This document shows positions 58,945-64,000 of a DNA stretch of 64,000 nucleotides, in pieces. Position 1 is the first letter of the stretch, and the number at the start of each line of letters is the position of its first letter. A program made the translations under genes and the position numbers. Under the pieces are notes generated by a model. That model saw only the letters and a program-made list of their open reading frames with translations, made no database searches and was not told the origin of the DNA. The stretch comes from an uncultured Rhodanobacteraceae bacterium. Lineage in GTDB: Bacteria; Pseudomonadota; Gammaproteobacteria; Xanthomonadales; Rhodanobacteraceae. The DNA is taken from positions 6,716-70,715 of the forward strand of contig CAZSOU010000001.1 of assembly GCA_964608595.1 (NCBI GenBank). The letters run 5' to 3'.

Positions 58945-61065
58945 TCAAGCCGTCAGGCGATGAACGTCGATCACATTGGGTAGAGCCGAAAGCCGGCTCA
59001 GAAGTTCCGACAGCTGACCAAAATCACGCACGCGCAAGGTAAAGCGCATGTCCACTTCGCCGCGACGCGGATCGAGCCGGCTCGATGACGCCACAATGGG
59101 CGTGGCGGCCGTGGAAATGGTGGCCGTGACATCCTTTTGCAACCCTTTCCGGTCGTAGCCGCGAATGCCGATATCGACCTGATAGACGCGCGCGTCGCCC
59201 GGCCCCCATTCGACGTCGATGATGCGGTCGGGATCGCGCTTGATCAGGCGCGCCAGACTCGGGCAGTCGGTACGGTGAACGGACACGCCGCGGCCGCGGG
59301 TGATGAAACCGCGCACCGGATCGCCCGGCAAGGGTTGGCAACACCTGGCCAGGCTCGTGAGCAAATTGCCCACACCCTCGATCTTGAGTGCGCCCGGTGC
59401 GTCGGGTGCATGTGGAGGCAGCGCGGTCGGCGGTGATGCAACTTCTTCAGCGGGTGCCTGTGCGGCACGTGCCAACTGACCCGTGGTGACTTCACCGAGC
59501 GCCAGCGCTTCGAGCAGTTCGTCATGCGATTTCAGCCCCAGCCGCGCGACCAGTGCATCGATCTCCACCTGATCCAGTGCCAGCCGTCGAAGTTCGCGTT
59601 CCAGCGTCTGCCGCCCCACGCTCAAATTGGTTTCACGCGCGCCCCGGCGGAACCAGCCACGCACTTTTTCGCGCGAACGTGCACTGTGCAGGTATCCATG
59701 ATGCGGTGACAGCCAGTCACGGCTGGGCTCGGACACCTTGCCCGTGATCACGTCGACACGATCACCGCTGCGCGGCTGAAACGTCAGCGGCACGATGCGG
59801 CCGTTGACCTTGGCCCCGCGACACCGATGACCGACTTCGGTGTGCACGCGATACGCAAAATCAAGCACCGTGGCGCCACGTGGCAAGTCCAGAACGTCGC
59901 CTTTCGGGGTCAGCAAATACACCCGATCTTCGTCGAGTTCGGTTTGAAAATCGGACATCAAGTCACGATCATCGCCAGCCCGCGCTTCCAGCAACCGGCG
60001 CATCCAGGCGACACGCTTTTCAAACGCGGCATCGCTCGCGCCCCCCTCCTTGTAACGCCAATGCGCGGCCACGCCCAGCTCGCAGGTCCGATGCATTTCG
60101 CGGGTGCGAATCTGCACTTCCAGCGTGCGGTTTTCCGGACCGATGACGGCGGTGTGCAACGAACGGTAACCATTTTCCTTGGGTCTTGCGATGTAATCGT
60201 CGAACTCGCGCGGCAAATGTGGCCACAAGCCGTGCACGACACCCAACGCGGCGTAGCAATCAGACACGCTGTCGACCATGATGCGCACGGCGCGGATGTC
60301 GTAAAGCTCGTCGAACTCCAGATGCTTGCGCTGCATCTTTTTCCAGATGGAATAGATATGCTTGGGGCGCCCCGCCAATTCGGCGTCGATGCCCGCTTCG
60401 GCCATCTCCGTCTGCAACCTGTCGATGCAGGTCGCGATGAAACGTTCGCGGTCGGTACGACGCTCGGCCAGCAATTTGGCCACGCGTTTGTAAGTTTCCG
60501 GCTGCAGTTGGCGAAAGGCCAGATCCTCCAGTTCCCACTTCAACTGCCAGATACCCAGTCGATTGGCGAGCGGCGCATGGATGTCGGCGGTCAAACGCGC
60601 CAGCGCTGCAGCCTGGTCCGCCGGCAGGTCGTCGGCACGCCGCAACCTTGCCAATTGCCGCGCCAGGAGCACGAACACCACGCGCAGGTCGCGAATGATC
60701 GCCAACAGCAAACGGCGCAGACCCTCACCACCCCCGCTGCCACGCTCGCCGTGAAGCTCCCACACGCGTTCGGCGGCCAGCTGGCCGCCCACCAGTCGCG
60801 CCACGTCGGCGGAAACACCCGAGCCCGCTTTGGCCCACGTCTCCGGTTGCCCCTTGGCGACATAAAACCACAGTGCCGATGCACACGTTTCGTCATCGCA
60901 ATCGAGCGTTTGCAACACATCCAGCACATCACCGCACTCACGCCGACAACTCTGGTCGGTCGTCGCGAAACCGTCCAGCGCGCACTGCAGCACCGGCGCG
61001 AGTCGGGCACGCCGGGATGTCAGTGCATCCAGCACGTGCGTTGTCTTGCGGGAACGGGAAACCAT
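58945..61065 (-). CDS. relA: GTP pyrophosphokinase ((p)ppGpp synthetase I)
   Basis: RelA/SpoT synthetase region RPKHIYSIWKKMQRK and YRSLHTAV, plus TGS and ACT-like C-terminal domains; degenerate HD region. Confidence 0.95.
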   Translation of the reverse strand: MVSRSRKTTHVLDALTSRRARLAPVLQCALDGFATTDQSCRRECGDVLDVLQTLDCDDETCASALWFYVAKGQPETWAKAGSGVSADVARLVGGQLAAERVWELHGERGSGGGEGLRRLLLAIIRDLRVVFVLLARQLARLRRADDLPADQAAALARLTADIHAPLANRLGIWQLKWELEDLAFRQLQPETYKRVAKLLAERRTDRERFIATCIDRLQTEMAEAGIDAELAGRPKHIYSIWKKMQRKHLEFDELYDIRAVRIMVDSVSDCYAALGVVHGLWPHLPREFDDYIARPKENGYRSLHTAVIGPENRTLEVQIRTREMHRTCELGVAAHWRYKEGGASDAAFEKRVAWMRRLLEARAGDDRDLMSDFQTELDEDRVYLLTPKGDVLDLPRGATVLDFAYRVHTEVGHRCRGAKVNGRIVPLTFQPRSGDRVDVITGKVSEPSRDWLSPHHGYLHSARSREKVRGWFRRGARETNLSVGRQTLERELRRLALDQVEIDALVARLGLKSHDELLEALALGEVTTGQLARAAQAPAEEVASPPTALPPHAPDAPGALKIEGVGNLLTSLARCCQPLPGDPVRGFITRGRGVSVHRTDCPSLARLIKRDPDRIIDVEWGPGDARVYQVDIGIRGYDRKGLQKDVTATISTAATPIVASSSRLDPRRGEVDMRFTLRVRDFGQLSELLSRLSALPNVIDVHRLTA

Positions 61066-61116
61066 GTTTCAAGGTTACCGCCTGCGAAAAGTTTTTGGCG
61101 CTGTCATGTCAACCCG

Positions 61117-64000
61117 TCATGACCTGTTCAGCGCATGCAACGCCTTGTCCAGCCGCTTGACGGAAACCGGTTCGGCGGTTTTCAACTCCTGCGCAAACAA
61201 TGACACGCGGAACTCCTCGATCAGCCAGCGCAGGCGATCCAGGGCTGCCGAATCCTCACCCGCCTGTGCGTGCTCCTGATAGGCGCGCCAATACGGCAAT
61301 ACCTGATGCAAGTGACGGTGATCTTTGCCCGGATCGCGACGCAGACGCTCGGCACGCACGCGCATCGCCTCCAGGTAACGCGGGTAGTGTCGCAGGCGCG
61401 TGGCCGACAATTCGCGCAGAAATCCCGGCGCCAGAAGGCTGTCGGCCTGCGCTTCGAGGTCGGCATAACTGGCCGGTGACCGACCTTCCCGCTGCGGTTG
61501 CAGCAAGGCCTTGGCCTCGGCTTGCGCGGCGATGATCGGTTCGGCCAGTTTGAGGCGCTCGACGCTGGCGGCGAACAATCCCGCAGCGACGCCATCGCGC
61601 AGGATAGTGAAATCCCGCGCATTGCGAACATGCATGTCCTGTTCAGCGAGGAGATCGGCAAAACCGCCACTGACCAGATCCTCACGCAGGCTTTCCAGCG
61701 TGCCCAGCGGCGCAAATTGCAACGCAAGCTTTTTTCCGATCGGCAGCTTGCGGCGCGCTTGCTTGAATCCCGGCTCCAGATCCAGCCGCAACAGACGACG
61801 AACCCCGTCGACATGCGCCTGGCGGGCATCGGCGTTGCGCTCGAACACGCGCAATGCCACGCTCGATTCGAGGTCGACAAGGGCCGGAAAGGCATCGGGC
61901 TGGCCGGGCGTGGAGATGCGCGCCGGGATGGTGTCGAAATCCCACCGGGTGACGTTTTCGCGGGTGATGTCCACGTCGGCCTGACGCGAAAAGGCTGCAC
62001 GTGCCTGTCCTTCCCATTGGCTCCGCAAGACAGCCAGATCGCGTCCGGCCGCCAGATGCGCGCCCTGGTCACCTTCCAGCACGAAACGCATGCGAAGATG
62101 CGCCGGCAACTCGATACCGGCGAAGTCGTCGGCCTGGACAACGACCCCGGTAGTGCGCACCAGAAATGCCGCCAACGCCCGCGCCAGCGGTTGGGCGTGC
62201 GACGGCTCGGTCTGCACGAAGGCCCGCGCAAAATCCGGCGCCGGCACAAAATTCCGGCGCAGGGATTTGGGCAAACCGCGAATCAACTCCGCCACTTTGT
62301 CGGCCACCAGCCCGGGCACCAGCCATTGGCAAGGGGCGTCGGGCACGGCATTGAGCAGCGCCATCGGCACATGCAGCGTCACACCATCGGCTTCATCGCC
62401 GGGCACGAAGCGATAGCTCAAGCGATAGCGTTGCCCGTCCAGTTCGAGGACCGGCGGAAACGCGTCGGCATCCAGTGCTTCGTCGCCTTGCATGACATCG
62501 GCAAGCGTCCAGCGCAACGCCGATTTTTCCGCGTCGGATGCTTTGCGATACCAGGCATCCAGCGCACGCACATCACTGATACCGGTTGGCAGTTTGCCAG
62601 CGAAGAATTGCGCCAGCTCGTCGTCCGGGCGGATCAGGCCCTGACGCCGCTGGCGCGCTTCGATGTCTTCGGCTTCGGCCAGGGTCTTCCGGTTGGCTTT
62701 GACGAAATCGGCGCGAGCGTCCAGCTCGCCACGCGCCAGCCCTTCGCGCAGAAATATCTGATGCGCCCGCGCCGGGTCCTGCTTGCGGAATGTCACCGTG
62801 CGGCGCTCTACCAGCACCATGCCGAACAAGGTCACTTGCTCGAAAGCGACCACCGCGCCACGTTTGCGCGACCAGTGCGGGTCATGCCAGCTTCGTCGCA
62901 AAAGGTGTGCCGCCTGACGCTCGATCCAGGCCGGCTCCACGCGCGCGCACTGCATGCCCCAGACCTTGCCGCCGATATCCAGCACCTGTGCGGCGAACAC
63001 CCACGCCGGCGGTTTTTTCGCCAGTGCGGAACCGGGAAATACCTGAAACTTGCGTTCGCGCGTACCTCGAAAAACGCCATGTTCGTCTTTGTGGCCGACC
63101 TGGGTGGGAAGGCCGGCGAGGAGACTGACATGGATGGATTGGTAACCGGGAGTGGCGGCATCAGACGCTGGCAAGCGCGATGAAACCTTGTCGCCATCCG
63201 ACTTTCCTGCCGCATGTCTCTGTGCTTTTGCCGCCGTCGTAATCGTGGCGCCTGTTCTCGACCGGTCGCGCTTCGAAACGCCGCCCTTCCGAGCCTCCGA
63301 CCCCGAGTCCCGAGGGTCGAGACTCGACATCGCCAACTTGAGTTGCCGATGCACCTCCCTCCACTCGCGCATCCGCAGATACCCGACGAAATGCTTCCTG
63401 CACCAATCGCGCAGTTTTGCCCGCGTGAGTTCGTCGCGCACCTCGCTCCACGCATTCCAGAGATTGAGCACACCGACGAAATCCGATTGTGGGTCGGCGA
63501 ACTGACGGTGGGCGGCATCGGCTTGCTGGCGTGCTTCGGGCGGGCGTTCGCGCGGATCGGCGACGCTCAGGAAAGCGACGATGACGAGCATGTCCCGCAG
63601 CACGTCCTGCCGGCGCCCTTCCAGCAACATGCGCGCCAGTTGCACGTCAATGGGCAAACGCGCCAACTCGCGTCCGAGGGCCGTCAACCGCCGCTTGTCG
63701 TCGATGGCCTGCACTTCGGCCAGACGCCGATAGCCGTCGCCGATGGCGCGTGGTTCGGGCATGTCCAGAAACGGAAAGTCCTCCACGTCGCCCAGTTGCA
63801 ATGACAGCATGCGCAAAATGACGTTCGCCAGCGACGAGCGCAGCAACTCGGGATCGGTGAAGCGGGGTCGCGCCGCGAAGTCTTCTTCCGCAAAAAGCCG
63901 TATGCAGACGCCCGGACCGACGCGTCCACAACGGCCCTTGCGCTGGTCGGCGGCGGCTTGTGAAACGGGCTCCACATGCAAGCGCTCGATCTGGCTGCGC
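61117..64000 (-). CDS. hrpA: ATP-dependent RNA helicase HrpA, C-terminal ~960 codons; 5' end lies beyond the window
   Basis: Frame open to the window end. It starts within the DEAH helicase C-terminal region (QRKGRCGRVGPGVCIRLF), followed by HA2/OB and the long HrpA-specific C-terminal region. Confidence 0.9.
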   Translation of the reverse strand, partial: RSQIERLHVEPVSQAAADQRKGRCGRVGPGVCIRLFAEEDFAARPRFTDPELLRSSLANVILRMLSLQLGDVEDFPFLDMPEPRAIGDGYRRLAEVQAIDDKRRLTALGRELARLPIDVQLARMLLEGRRQDVLRDMLVIVAFLSVADPRERPPEARQQADAAHRQFADPQSDFVGVLNLWNAWSEVRDELTRAKLRDWCRKHFVGYLRMREWREVHRQLKLAMSSLDPRDSGSEARKGGVSKRDRSRTGATITTAAKAQRHAAGKSDGDKVSSRLPASDAATPGYQSIHVSLLAGLPTQVGHKDEHGVFRGTRERKFQVFPGSALAKKPPAWVFAAQVLDIGGKVWGMQCARVEPAWIERQAAHLLRRSWHDPHWSRKRGAVVAFEQVTLFGMVLVERRTVTFRKQDPARAHQIFLREGLARGELDARADFVKANRKTLAEAEDIEARQRRQGLIRPDDELAQFFAGKLPTGISDVRALDAWYRKASDAEKSALRWTLADVMQGDEALDADAFPPVLELDGQRYRLSYRFVPGDEADGVTLHVPMALLNAVPDAPCQWLVPGLVADKVAELIRGLPKSLRRNFVPAPDFARAFVQTEPSHAQPLARALAAFLVRTTGVVVQADDFAGIELPAHLRMRFVLEGDQGAHLAAGRDLAVLRSQWEGQARAAFSRQADVDITRENVTRWDFDTIPARISTPGQPDAFPALVDLESSVALRVFERNADARQAHVDGVRRLLRLDLEPGFKQARRKLPIGKKLALQFAPLGTLESLREDLVSGGFADLLAEQDMHVRNARDFTILRDGVAAGLFAASVERLKLAEPIIAAQAEAKALLQPQREGRSPASYADLEAQADSLLAPGFLRELSATRLRHYPRYLEAMRVRAERLRRDPGKDHRHLHQVLPYWRAYQEHAQAGEDSAALDRLRWLIEEFRVSLFAQELKTAEPVSVKRLDKALHALNRS

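Overview
High-G+C chromosomal segment, roughly two-thirds G+C in the housekeeping lines I hand-counted. Gene content, synteny and REP style look like a Xanthomonadales/Lysobacterales-type gammaproteobacterium; that placement is inference only. I can support about 47 protein genes, one tRNA, two intrinsic terminators, one vgrG pseudogene remnant and two families of intergenic palindromic repeats. Most of the window is core metabolism and cell-envelope or DNA maintenance. This includes a pgi(-kinase fusion)-gnd-zwf operon, acnA with a divergent LysR regulator, fadD, scpA-scpB-rluB and arsC. It also includes a ybdL/yafV-like pair, an ALDH7-like dehydrogenase, pyrD, murB, a 7TMR-DISM GGDEF cyclase, gpx, an Ivy lipoprotein and an FKBP isomerase. 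The nnr-tsaE-amiB-mutL cluster, queG, mrcB with an LpoP-like lipoprotein, and hrpA-relA are also present. The clearest accessory module is an orphan type VI secretion cargo island on the minus strand (about 51.1-56.9 kb). It reads vgrG, then an AT-richer alpha/beta-hydrolase (lipase-like) effector candidate, then a signal-peptide immunity candidate, then a frameshifted vgrG remnant. No T6SS core genes, PAAR gene or adaptor genes occur in the 64 kb. Other items worth a second look are listed under findings. They include an in-frame PGI/ROK-type sugar kinase fusion, a Cys-less asparagine-synthetase homologue next to tRNA-Arg(CCT), and a ~155-bp nested-palindrome repeat in three copies that overlaps gene ends and a divergent promoter region. 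A fused GT2-GT4 glycosyltransferase and a ~640-bp non-coding gap are also listed. Many long ORFs in the six-frame track are antisense shadows typical of high-G+C DNA and were rejected. Family assignments come from motif recognition by eye; no database search was run.
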